Shown: piece by piece, positions 36,690 to 48,864 of the stretch | How positions within the stretch are numbered: position 1 is the stretch's first letter | Layout of the letters: every line of letters begins with the position of its first letter | Origin: Phoronis australis | Lineage: Eukaryota > Animalia > Phoronida | DNA: 64,000 nt | Reading direction: 5' to 3' | Assembly: GCA_002633005.1 (NCBI GenBank) | Contig: NMRA01000135.1 | Coordinates: 404,183-468,182 of the forward strand | Position numbers and translations under genes: made by a program | Notes under the pieces: model-generated | What the model saw: only the letters and a program-made list of their open reading frames with translations | Database searches by the model: none | Told to the model about the DNA's origin: nothing

Positions 36690-39682
36690 TGTCAGATGCT
36701 GTAAAACCCCTTGGCTTGAGGTTGAGTGGAGTTGATGAAATTTTGCAGTGAATGTTCCTGTCGTGGATGAGATGCCATAGGTGAATTTTGGGTGGTCCAG
36801 ATACCACCTGCAGTGCCCCATAAATACTTCTGATTGTGGCAATTTTTTGTTTTTTGCATTTGCCGAGTTGTATCTTCAGAGCTCGGCAACATCTTTTAAT
36901 TTTCTGACAGATTAGACATATTTTGTACCACCTAGTGTCCTAGTGAACATTTTAATAATGTGCACGTCTGTGTTTGGCATCCACCTCTGTATCCGCCAAA
37001 CCAGTCAAGGGGTCATTGTGAAAATTGTCAGATTTATGATGAGGAGACCTCAGCTGATGTTATGTTTTGGAAGAGTTCCGACTACCTTGGTGTCCCTTAT
37101 TAGCGATTTGTGATTTTTGCGTCTATGGCTGTGTCTCCTTAATCTTTTACAAACAAAAGTTTGTGAACGTTTTTAGATGTGTTCCTATGGAGCTTACACA
37201 ACAGATGACGACAAATTTCAGACCAAAAATCTGACTATTTATACTGCTGTCCCCCCTAGTGGTAATTTTCATTATTTTCGTTTGCGTCTATATAGAGATC
37301 TTTGGAGTTCCGTGATCGATTTTCATTAAAATTGGCAAATAGGATTCTATTTATTTTCGGATGGATTCGTAATATTTTTGTACCACACCTAGTGGCCACT
37401 TTTTTTCAAGCCAGTACCTTTTAATCCGCCAAACCGCTCAAAGTATCATTTTGAAAATTTAACAAATGTGTTCTTCTTGAGAACACCATGGCTGACGTTG
37501 ATTTTTGGACAAGTCTGAGAACTGTGGTGCCCTCTATTGGCAATATTTTGTGTCCACGGCTGTATCTCATTAAATCCTTTGCAGGATTTTCTTGAAATTG
37601 TAACAAATCTAACCTTATAAATGAGTCATTGATGGCTATACCCACAACTTTGGATACCCTGATGATCTGCTGTGCACCCTATTGGCAATTTTAGTTTGTA
37701 TAAAGTTTACATCTGTATCTTAAGTGCTGTTTGATGGTTTTTCATGAAATTTGACAAACATTAGTTTCTGTTATGAGGAAGACAGCACCTTTTCATTTTG
37801 GGATGGATTCGACAAATTCTGCACTGCCTATTGGCCATTTTTATTACTTTCGAGTTGTCTACCACTGCATACGCCATATCCCTCATTTAATGCTTGTTAT
37901 TTATAGAGAAAACTGGTTCTCACAATGTGCTACCCTATAAGTTATTATTGCCATGTACAACACCAATAGCTCAGGCATATTGTTTTTTTGTGTAAAGATG
38001 GTACTGTTATAGGATTTTTTAAATTTTGCATAAAGGAACTCAAATTCAAAATTGGTTTGATGGATCATTCTGAAGTTTTGTATACTCGTCAACAGCTTTC
38101 GTGAGTGTCGTCCATTTTTGGCTATGACATACCATTCTCAAATTATTCCAGATTTTCTGATATCTTCTTTTATGCGCCCACATAGAAATATGTGGGCGCA
38201 CAATGCTGTCATCTCTGTCCATCTGTCTAACCGTCTGTCTGGCATCTGCTACTGTACATGTATCTCCAAATTTCCCGTAATGCATATTCATGAAATTTTT
38301 GCTGATATATGTTCCTTTTGAGGATGGGACAGCATGAGCGAATTTTCAGGGAAATACCTGTACAGGCCAATAATTCCCATGTAGGCACACCCGTTTTGAC
38401 TATCTGTGCCTCCTCATGGCAATATTTTTACGTTTGCCTAGAGCTGTATCTTTGGAGGTCCTTGGTGTGTTTTCAAGAAATTTGATTTTAATAGTTTTGT
38501 ATTATTGTATTGCCACGCTTTTTGTTCCATGGGCCTATATTTGAAATAATGCTTTTTTCGCAGCCTATTTTTACCCTAGTGGTTTGCATGATGCTGTGTT
38601 ATGCATGCTACTTTTGGGTGGATCCAACTACCACTGTGCCTTTAGAGGCAAGTTTATTTTTTCCCTTTTTCACTGTATTGGTTGAAATCCTGGATTCTTA
38701 TGAAATTTGGCAAATAGATTTCAATTAAAGAGGTGATGAATTGGTGAATTTGACATGTTGCATGCTACCTAGTGGCCATTTTTATTGTTTTTGAGTCTGG
38801 TTTCTAACATCCACTTTTCTGTTGACCAAACCACTCTTAGAATGATTATGAAAATTGACATTTATAAATTATGTTCTTCCTGGGAAGAGGACAGCTGATG
38901 GTGATTTTTGGACAGCACCGACTACTGTGTTGCCTAGAGGCTATTTTATGTTTAAAAGGATGTTCCATTTAGTGGGAATGTTTGAAATAGTAGTCCTCCC
39001 TTGTGTCTGCGGTATATAAGATGCACACGGTGGGTGCATATCAACGCTCCATGTTGCTCTTGTTTCTGTTTTCCTTTGAATCTTTTGAGTTCATTGATGA
39101 GTTTTTATGAAATTTGGCAGATAGGTGTCTTTTAATAAGGCAATTACTCCTTTTCATTTTCAGATCATTTGATGCAGTGCACACCTCTTAGTGGCCGTTT
39201 GAGTCTGTTTTAGGCATCTATCACTCTATCAGCCAAACCACTAAAATTTAGAATGATGAGCATGGTTGACAATTTTTGGACAGTTTGACTACCGTGGCGC
39301 TCCCTAGTGGCTCCCTGCTTTTTTCACATCTGCAGTTCTGCAGCTGTTTCTTCCTGCAGGATCTTTGTGCAATTTGGCAAATGTATTTCTATGAATGTGA
39401 CAACAGATGACGACTTATGGACGTATCTGGCTAGCACTGTACCCATAGTGCCAGATCCAGATTTAAATTTTTTAGTCTTGGCAGGTATAGTGTTCAGGAC
39501 AGTTGAGGAGAGCAATTGCTCACTTCAGTGTTATACACCCCCTAGTGGCTATATTTTATGTTTACTGGCATTGCTCAATTTAGTGGGGATGTTTAAAATT
39601 GATAGTAACCATGCATTGTTGTGTCTGTGCAATATGCGATGCACACAGTGGGCTCATATCAACGCTTCACATTGCTCTTGTT
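36690..39682 (-). mobile_element. Cluster of reverse-oriented HINE-like copies (e.g. ~38168-39064 complete, ~39070-39682, older copy ~36690-37860)
   Basis: Hairpin TGCGCCCACATAGAAATATGTGGGCGCA at ~38173 followed by a CTGT-type tract; conserved terminus ...TGCATATCAACGCTCCATGTTGCTCTTGTT ending 39064 and a variant ending 39682; many CCTAGTGG units. Confidence 0.6.
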
Positions 39683-40457
39683 CATTGATTAGAGCTTACC
39701 TAATATTGAAAAATCCCAGTGCAACTTGATGGATTTGGGTAATTCAACGTTTTCTGACTGACCATTCTTACATTGACTGAATCATTGCCTGCTTTTTAGT
39801 CAATTCCCCGTTGTTCAAGCCTCTCTTCTTTATCAATGTAATAAATATTTGATGGTGAAAATAATGATGTTATTTTCAACGTCTTCATTATTGTCAGTAA
39901 TCTTATTGCTCTTGGCCTTGTTGGTGTCGTACTGTCATTGTTGCCAGTGGCATTGCTGCTGGTGACATTCTTGGTTTTGACGGCAGTTTCATGTCAGTTA
40001 CGTCATCAATTTTTGTGGTTTCATGATCATTTTGAGCATGTCAGCATCATCCTCAGTGTTGGAAGTGGCTTAGGTCATCTTTGTTATCGTTGTTGTCAGT
40101 GTTGGAAGTGGCTTAGGTCATCTTTGTTATCGTTGTTGTCAGTGTTGGTGGCAACATTTTCACTAGCTTACAGTATCGTCAGCCATGTTGTATTCTTCAA
40201 AGTTGTTTTTGGTGTCACTGCCTTAATCATGACTCGATTTTTGAATCAATTTCACTAAAAGCCACTCTTCGGTTCTTTTATATTTAATTTTAATTTGCAG
40301 ATCGGTTTCTAAATTTGGCTGTTTGTGTACTTGGTTAGAGCTGATATGTTCCTGTTTTTCAGACTTGCAGTATAATTACTTCATCATGATTTACAATTAT
40401 AATCAAATGTTAACTTCGTTCGTAATTTATTGATTGTCTTTTATTGCAGCAATCACC

Positions 40458-43400
40458 ATGACGGATTCAAGTGTATTTCTGGAGGGTGACTATTCACGAG
40501 GTACTATTAAGTTGCTAAGCACCTAGTACTTGTATTTAGTAAATATTCATCATGACCATATTTGGTCACGGAAGCAGCCTTTTCCACTGATTGCACAGAC
40601 AGATTTTATCCTTCTGGTACTTAAAGATTACTTGTGAATTATGGCTATTCACGTTATCAGTCTTCATTCATTTTACCAGTTATAGTGTGTCAAATCACCA
40701 TATGATTTACCGTGATTGATTTACTCTGTCAACATCTTTAAACCTTCCTTTGATACAATGAGACTCTTTTTGTTTTCAGATCTCCCAAAACTTTAAAAAT
40801 AGATGATTCTCAGTTTTGGAATTATTAATAAGTTATGTGTTCTCTTACATAATTATTATGTTGTGTCACCACAGGTGCATGAAGTCCAGTACCTGGGTGA
40901 CTGGTTACTTGAGACGATGAAAAATCCAACCAGAGACAATCGCCAGCCTACACCAAACATGTTCATTCTACATAGCGCATATTCAATGCAAGAGCTAATT
41001 AATTGTGTTCAAATTGAATTCTACAATATGACATTTGCTTTCAAGATGACTTTTAGTACTAGAGAACACAAGGAAAGAAAACATAATCTGCCGGTAGTTG
41101 GTTACGGCTCATATTTCTAAGGGGCTTGGAGTGCCAATTTTCACTGGTTGTACTTTATAGAGAGGAAAATAACTGAAAATGGTGAATAATTTTTGGTGGT
41201 TTTAAAGTTAGAGTGGTTATAATACAGAGAGATTGTCGTATTCATGTTCCAACTTATCATTTCTGTATAATTTTGTCCAAATGTGTTCTCATGTATGTTG
41301 TAGTCATGCCAGGGTATTATCTCACCAACTTGGGACACATCATTATTTTTCTTTTTTTCATTAAACTTAATAGCACAGAATAAAATGCTTTTTGTAAGTT
41401 CTTTTTTGTTGAGAAACTTGTGTGTGTTTCCAACATTGTTTGAAGTCTTTGAAAAATGGAAAAAGTCAATTTTGATAATTATTTTTGTCTGAAATTGGTG
41501 AGATTTTACTGTATTTTAAAAGTAAAATTCTAAATGTCACAAGTACGTCAGTTTATTTTAATTTTTCTTTTTATCAGTTTCACCAGTTGTTTAGGACGTA
41601 CGTACTAAAAAGCATGCCTGTGTTTGGGTCTTTCAGACACTAACAGTAAGGGTTTGCACACTGCCGAGCCTCACATAACTACAAACGTCATGATAATGAC
41701 ATTTCTTCCAATGACATGTCTTACAATGGCATGTCTTACAATGACATGTCTTACAATTACTGCAAGGTGTTATTTCCTCATTGCAGATGTACCAAACGAG
41801 GTAAAGAAAGAACTATTTATTGCCGCGTGCTCCGGTCGTAAAGATAAAATCTTGCACCTTATTTCCATGGGCCTCGATCCCAACTTCATGTTTACGTGGA
41901 GAGCCTTACTCGTCAATTCAGGTGAGTAGCAAGGTGGAGCCTTCAACATTTCTGTTTTAAAACATCATGCTGTAAACTAACCAGCCTGCGAGCTGTATGA
42001 AGACAATCGTCAAAATATTGCTAGAAACCACTGTGTGTTAAGCTCAAATAGACCTCAAAATTTCACTCTGTCCATGTACTGAAACTTATATCAACGCGTA
42101 GAGCTAACGACCGGAGGTAGTGCATGCAAAATCTGGGAGTCAACCGACACTCACTTTGACTGTTGCAGTGGTTTAAGTGAAAAAATCTGATTTCCTTGCA
42201 AAATTCTACGCCTTTTGTAACAAAGAAAAGTCTATCATCATTTTGAAAACAGTACGCTCGTGACGAGCACTTGTGCTATTTCCTAAATTTTTTGTGATAT
42301 CTCTCAGCAGATAATGGCAGCTTCACAGCAGCAAAGTTTGTTTTAAAATTTGGTTTGCTGTTATTAAAATACTAAAAACTTATAATGAAATGAAACCAGT
42401 TCCTATAATTTGTTGCGACATGTACTTAACCTCATGGAAGAAGAACAGTTGATTGGAGAATTGGAGAAAAAAGAAACTGGCTAATAGGTGATGCTATATT
42501 TCGTGGTGCCAAAAACCGATGCATAAGATCGTTCCGCAACTTAAGCAGTAGGAAGAAAACTTCGTTGAAAACACGACTAGACTTTTTGTTTGCAAGCTTG
42601 ATACTGGTTCGCTCGTAGTGTCAGAACAATCTCCTTTCTTTAGGTCTCCTGCTTTGTAGTAGCACACCAAGAGACATAAAAAACAAACAAACAAATTAAA
42701 ACACTAGCTATATTTCAATACTGCATGTCTCATCATCAGGCAATAAGTGGAATGAACATATAGATAGTGAAATAAACAGTGAAATACACGCGACAGTGGG
42801 AAGAGAGGCATACAAGCAGAGAGTGTAGAATATCTGCTTCATAAAATGTGTCTGATAATATTTCGTATTGTGAGAGAATTCTATTTCCATAATCAATTCA
42901 AGTCACAGGCAGTGGTTACATATGCCACTTTGGAATTTGAAATTTTAAGGTTGGCCAACCCCAGTATACTCTGATTAGCATTTTCTTGAGTGCTAGTAGC
43001 TGATGTTTTATAATGTTCTTGTTGGTAATGGAAATGGAATCCTATAGATTCTATGAGAGCAGAAGGCTTATTTTGATTTTTAGCCAGTTAGGCAAGGTGA
43101 AATACAGTTTTGAGTGTTTGATCTGGTATTCTGTTTACTTTCTTATCCAAATCCCACATCCGAACACTGTGGTAGAATTAAGATTCCTTGCAATACATAA
43201 GGAATCTACCACATATTAAATAGTTGAGGAAGTTCAATCAATTGATTTTTTATGTGACTCGGACCATGTGACTTGTACCATGTGACTCAAACCAGTCCAT
43301 GCACGCCAAAACTATTGCTTACTCACTGACGCCCAAGTATGGAATTTTCTGTGTCATGTGGTTCATGGTTTCACAGAGATGATTTGTATGAGTGTATGGA

Positions 43401-46400
43401 TTAGTCTCATCAACTTCATACAAAAAATAATTGCCGAAATTCCCCCTTTTGAATTAAGACTCACAATATTCCAAAGTACTGCCAGGTGATATCTAACTAA
43501 ATTTAATTTCTTAATTTGAAATTGCTAAAGCACTGATTTGGTGCTACCCATCATTTGGTGCTACCCATCATTTGGTGCTACCCATCCATTTTGGGCTTGA
43601 AGGAGGTAACTAGTCTGTGGATTGGCTTTAACAGAATTTTGCAAATCGTTGTAAATCATAGGTGTCGCTCACACATAGTAGGTCATACGAGATTGACATG
43701 GAAGGTCAGTGAAAGCAGGTCTTTGCTCTTTAAAGTCATACAACTGACCCAGCTGGACTGTGTAACTAAACACACCTTAACAAAGGGTTTATGGCTGTGT
43801 CTGAGAAGATAATTGCTTGATTACCCTCTGTGGAAAAATGAATAAATAAGCCCAGAATGTCTTGGTGAGATTTGTCCCTAATGAGATGTGTAATATTCTG
43901 ACAGAGTTTATATGCTACTACTTCTTCCATCTTCAGGTACCAGTGATGGGGAAGCGTTTGTGGTCTGTAAACATGGTCTAGCCTTGGAATGGATATATTT
44001 CATGAATGACCTTTTATTCTATATGGGCCATCTCACGGATGTCACTGACCCAAAAGAACTGGAAGCCATTCTTTGTGTCTATGAGCCTATGAGTGCCGTC
44101 GTTGGTCAGTTTGATGGTAAAGACTGCAGCTGCTTATCTGAGGAGGATCTTCCTTCAGACAGAATTGTCATTGTTGGATTTCATTTATTGCACTTGTTTG
44201 CTTGTAGGTATTGTCATGTCTCTTGTTGCTTTTTTCTTGTCTTCTGAACCTATTAACAAGACTGTTTAGCCTATTATGAGATATTTACTGTGGCTCAACC
44301 AATTAAATCTTTCATCCAAAATGCTCTGTAAGCTCATCTTTCCTCTAATTGAAGTATTGCTGCTGTGGTGAAAACTTGGATACGTGCTGGTCAGGAATGT
44401 GTCAATAGTTGCTGACATCACAGCCTCTTTTTCAATCTGTGAGAAATAAATGAGTAACTAGTAAAGGTAAAATTGACCCTCTGATGGTGATCATGTAATG
44501 GTTGGAGTTTACTAATACAAAGTTAATACAATAGCCCATTGAATTCAGTTCTGTTGCTTGCATGGGTGCTTGGTCACCTATGTAATCCTTTATGAATGGC
44601 AAGGAATGAGGCAACTGAAACTTGCCCTTCAGATGACAAACTTATTTGGGGTTTGGCTTGTATTTTCATCTGTACTAGGTCCATCATGACAAATTCCTGA
44701 GAGATTACTTGCTCTGATGTTAATTTGTCTCATCACAATGTTTTCAGGCATGGGCAAAAATGATATGATAGAATGGTACCACAAAACGTTCAGCTGTGAC
44801 ATCAACATGACAACGCCTGCCTTAAAAAGCACTCCATTACACCACGCTGCCAACTCGGTGACTACTGGTTGTGATAAGACTGTCAGACTTCTTGTTGAAC
44901 TCGGGGCCAGTGTTAACACCAAGAACAACCTTAATGAGACTGCAATGGGTTATGCTGTGCACTCCAACAACACAAAAGTGGCAGAAGCACTTGTGGACTC
45001 GGGTTTGAGCATTTCTGATTACAAAGGCGAAAGCCTGTTATATTTTGCTGTGAGACGGAGAAGTACATCCCTGGTGTCTAAACTGATCAATGCTGGTGAC
45101 AAGGTGAATGTTATCTGTGAACGCCGTGACAGCCCTCTCCATAGAGCTGTGCAGCAACAGGACAATGATATTGTGCGACTTTTAGTGGATGCTGGAGCTG
45201 ATGTAAATTACTACGATCTGGAAAATGTGCAGAGTGCCCCTCTACAGGTTGCTGTTATTGTTGGTGAGTTCATGGTACAGTTTTCACATCCTGGATTGAT
45301 GCAGCACAGTATGCCATAAGGCAAAGGTTCAACACATTAAGCTGCATTGTCATGTGCCAGGAAGCCATGTGATGTGTTTATTTTCATCACCGGTCACAGA
45401 AAACACTGCTCAGTGACTAAATTCGCTCAAGATGGTCAGCTTGAATCACCACCAAGCTATTAAGGTTATCTCCAACCTTATTTAGTGGCCTCCATTCTAA
45501 CTCGTATATCAAAAAAACATAAGCTTTGTCAACTAGTAAAAGCATATATTTTCTGAAAAAACAAAGAACAGGGAATATAAATATACTTTTTGTATTTATG
45601 TTCCATTATTATTTTTACGTAAAAACCTTTTTTAAGTCAAAATTTCAGTTTCATAGCGAAATAACCCCTCAGTCAATTTTAATGAAACCTTTTTTAAAAG
45701 AAAACTTCACCAGTTACCTCAAAAACGCTTTTAGGAATTTTCGAATAATCTGTTCGTTTGGTTTCTATGACAAATCAACTTGCATAACGTAAGGTATTTT
45801 TGTAAAAAATTGAAGTCGCATTCGTCTTTGTCACATTACGCAAAACTAGGCCTTTATATCAAAAAATCGGTACAGCGTTTTTGAGATTGATGACTAAATA
45901 TTAAGTTTGGAAAGTTTCAGCGAAATCCATCTAGCTGTTTTAAGAACGAGTTTTCCTAAGTTCAAATAAAGTCAATTTGCCAAAGCCGAGAAAAAGCTGA
46001 GTAAACTGGGATAAGTGAAAGTCTTCGGTTTTATTCTGTGAAAACTTGTTTTCGGTACACATAACCTATACAATCCTTAAGTATGTTAGCTATTTCAACG
46101 TTCACTCGCAATGTCAACTGAGTTTGCAGTGCGTAACTAACTTAATTATCATTAAAACCTCAAATAGACGTATTGTTCCCAGCCAACTTTTACTGTTGTT
46201 TACGACCTACTTTCTAAGCAGTTCATAGCCTGTACACGTCACGTGCTGGGAGAGTGATACGAATCCAAGTAAGAAATGGATTATAAAAATGGAATCAATG
46301 GTTAAAGTATGTCGTAAGCATGAGATCGTAACATCCAAACGTCAACTTATTGAATTAAGGAATTAGGGTGAGGATTTATCTCTTTTCACAACTTTCTGCA

Positions 46401-48864
46401 TTCATGACCACAGAGGCCTGAGGCGACTCGTAGCATTAGTTTTCAATGCCAACAGTTGTATGCATGTAGACGCACAACTCCCTTAGGATCAAAACTACGT
46501 TTTGTCTTTGGGTTCCCCGGCGCCATTCTATTATAAGTACACCTCGTTGGCTCAATGTTATGGCGACTTTGTGAATGAAAGGACTGAGGTTATACGAAGC
46601 TTTTCTGTACCACATAGTGGCGGCAGATTTGATTTAATTAAAAGCCCTTTAACCCTTGACCTTGGATAAATAGTAAAAAAATATCCACACGGTTGTGCAG
46701 TTCCAAGGTGGTTCTGCTAAATCTTTTTTTCTCGCTACACAATATATATTTTGTATTTGAAGTTCCCTGAGAATGAAGAAAAAGTATTTTGCTAGACACA
46801 AATGAAATATTGTAAAAACGACCTATTTTTGTGAATAAGGTTGGAGATATATTTAAGCTTAGATAACTATGGTTACTAGTCGGCCACGTTTTTCCAGCCT
46901 GGAATTCAATATCGAAAAGATGATTGGTCCAACTAGCCAGCTGAAGGTTTTTTTTGTCAAGCATGATTTACCTTACTCTTTTACCTGCTTACCAAAAAAT
47001 GATACATAAGGGGGCAAGGAAATAGACCTTTTGCAAGCTGCGAAGCAAGGTTGATTTTTGCCCCACTTCCCTTGGGGGGTTACTTCACAATGGGAATACA
47101 GTTTGTAAGACTTTATGCTGGTTTTCCACGTGCGTTGTATAAACCTTATGCCAGGTTATGCAAGAAGATTACGATTTTGTCCTACTTTACGTTATGTTTG
47201 CAACTATCGAATGGTCTATTCAAGCTTAGGGAACGTTTAATGTGCCAAATAAGGTAATGACTGAATTTGGTCAATTTTAGTTGCTGATGCGTCCTTGACA
47301 AGCCGATTTGCAGTTTTTCTGAGAGGCAACTAATGGTTTTTTTAACGGATACGTGTCCAGAGTGATTGCTGTTCTTCTGATCAATGTTTACAGTGTCAGA
47401 GCACCTGACCCAAACCAGTGTCAGTAATTAAAACAACAACATTAGTGGGTCTGGCATATTGCGAAAATACAGAATCCTACTCTGGATTTATGTGTTTGGT
47501 TAAACTGAAATGCAGTTTATATTAATTTTGGCCAATCACTACTAGTACTCAACCTAGGACAGGAACTGTTGATATGATCCACAGGTCCTCCATATTAGTT
47601 CATAGTTTTGAGGCCCTGTTGATTAATTGGGCTAGTGTCATTTTTGCCACAAAATTGGATGTGTTGTGGAAATATTTAATGACTTACACCATGTGCATCA
47701 TAGCGTTTTAACAGTTTGTCACAAACATGCCTCAAACGTGTCCAAATTGAGTTCCGAAAAGGATTCTGAAAATTAAAGTTATGATAGAGCAGCTCATCTC
47801 ATTGTTTGTCTTGTCAGGTTATATTTCAATTCACAAAAAAGTTATTTTTTATAAAATTTGCCGTTTATTTTGATTCAAACTTTTTGGCAAGTTTGTTTTA
47901 ACATAATATCATTGCCTTACTGATCAAAGTTAACACTTTTACAGGAACTCTTGAAATTTGCAAAATATTACTACAAGGTGGTGCCAATCCTAATGCTACA
48001 GACAGTGACGGCATGTTCCCACTCTTCCACGCGTCTATGAGGGGCGATTTAGACATTTTCAACCTTCTGTTGAGTCAGCCCTCTATCGATCCATGCCAAA
48101 CGAGTCACACAGGTTACAGTGCTATTCATCAGGCTGCCTGGATGGACGGTCCGCAACAACTTTGCATGGTGAAGGCTCTCGTGGACAGAGGAGTGCCCCA
48201 TGATGTGTGCACAGGTGACAAGAACACGCCTTTGTCTCTCGCTGCTCACGGAAATCAATTAGATACCGTTAAGTACTTGTTGGCGCTCGGATGTAATGTG
48301 AATAACGAGGACAAGGACTTGGACACGCCACTCATCTATGCCTCATACAATGACAACTTGGAAATGATGCAGGAACTCATTAGATGCGGTGCTGACCCTC
48401 ATTTACAAAACGCGGTTGCCACAACTCCCATGTGGTATGCCGCTCTGAATGGAAATGTGAAAATGGTGCAGTTTCTCCTGCAACACAATGTAGATTTAAA
48501 CATTCCAAGTGTCGGTATTATGCAAGATTCCCAAACGCAGGACGTCGTTTACTTGTTTGAGCAGCCGTGTACTCCGCTGCTTGTTTCTCTCTCACAGGAG
48601 AATTTTGAAGTATCCAGGCTTCTCATAAGGGCAGGTTGTAGTCTATCTGACTGGTGGAATTACTCGGAGGAACTGGAAGAAACATGCAGTGACGACATTG
48701 AATTGTACCGCTGGATGAGCGAGAAGGCCACAAATCCGGACAGTCTTAAGATAATTTGTCGCAAATTTATTAGAAAAATCCAAGGAAAGCACTTGAATGA
48801 TAATGTTTTAAAATTCGAAATTCCACTGGCCTTAGTGGATTTTCTTCTACTGAAAACGACTTAA
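40458..48864 (+). CDS. Ankyrin repeat and SOCS box protein (ASB family), ~593 aa
   Basis: Exons 40458-40500, 41787-41921, 43937-44104, 44748-45263 and 47945-48864, all with phase-1 junctions. Multiple ankyrin repeats (TPLHHAA, SPLHRAV, TPLSLAA, TPLIYAS, TPMWYAA) and a C-terminal SOCS box NPDSLKIICRKFIRK...IPLALVDFLL. The first three exons are less certain. Confidence 0.88.
41980..42560 (-). mobile_element. Dispersed ~570-bp repeat, same family as ~33600-34200
   Basis: Reverse complement of blocks such as TTTTGACGATAGTCTTCATACAG, GTTGACTCCCAGATTTTGCATGC and GTCACGAGCGTACTGTTTT. Confidence 0.7.
45460..46856. mobile_element. Non-autonomous TTAA-flanked DNA transposon (Kolobok- or piggyBac-like)
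   Basis: TTAA-GGTTATCTCCAACCTTATT at the left end and AATAAGGTTGGAGATATAT-TTAA at the right end (inverted 16-bp core), with looser inverted subterminal similarity. Confidence 0.6.

Noticed and set aside
39938-40258. Hydrophobic 106-aa ORF upstream of the ASB start
   Set aside because: It is low-complexity T/G-rich sequence with an internal 42-bp duplication, a non-ATG start and no splice support.
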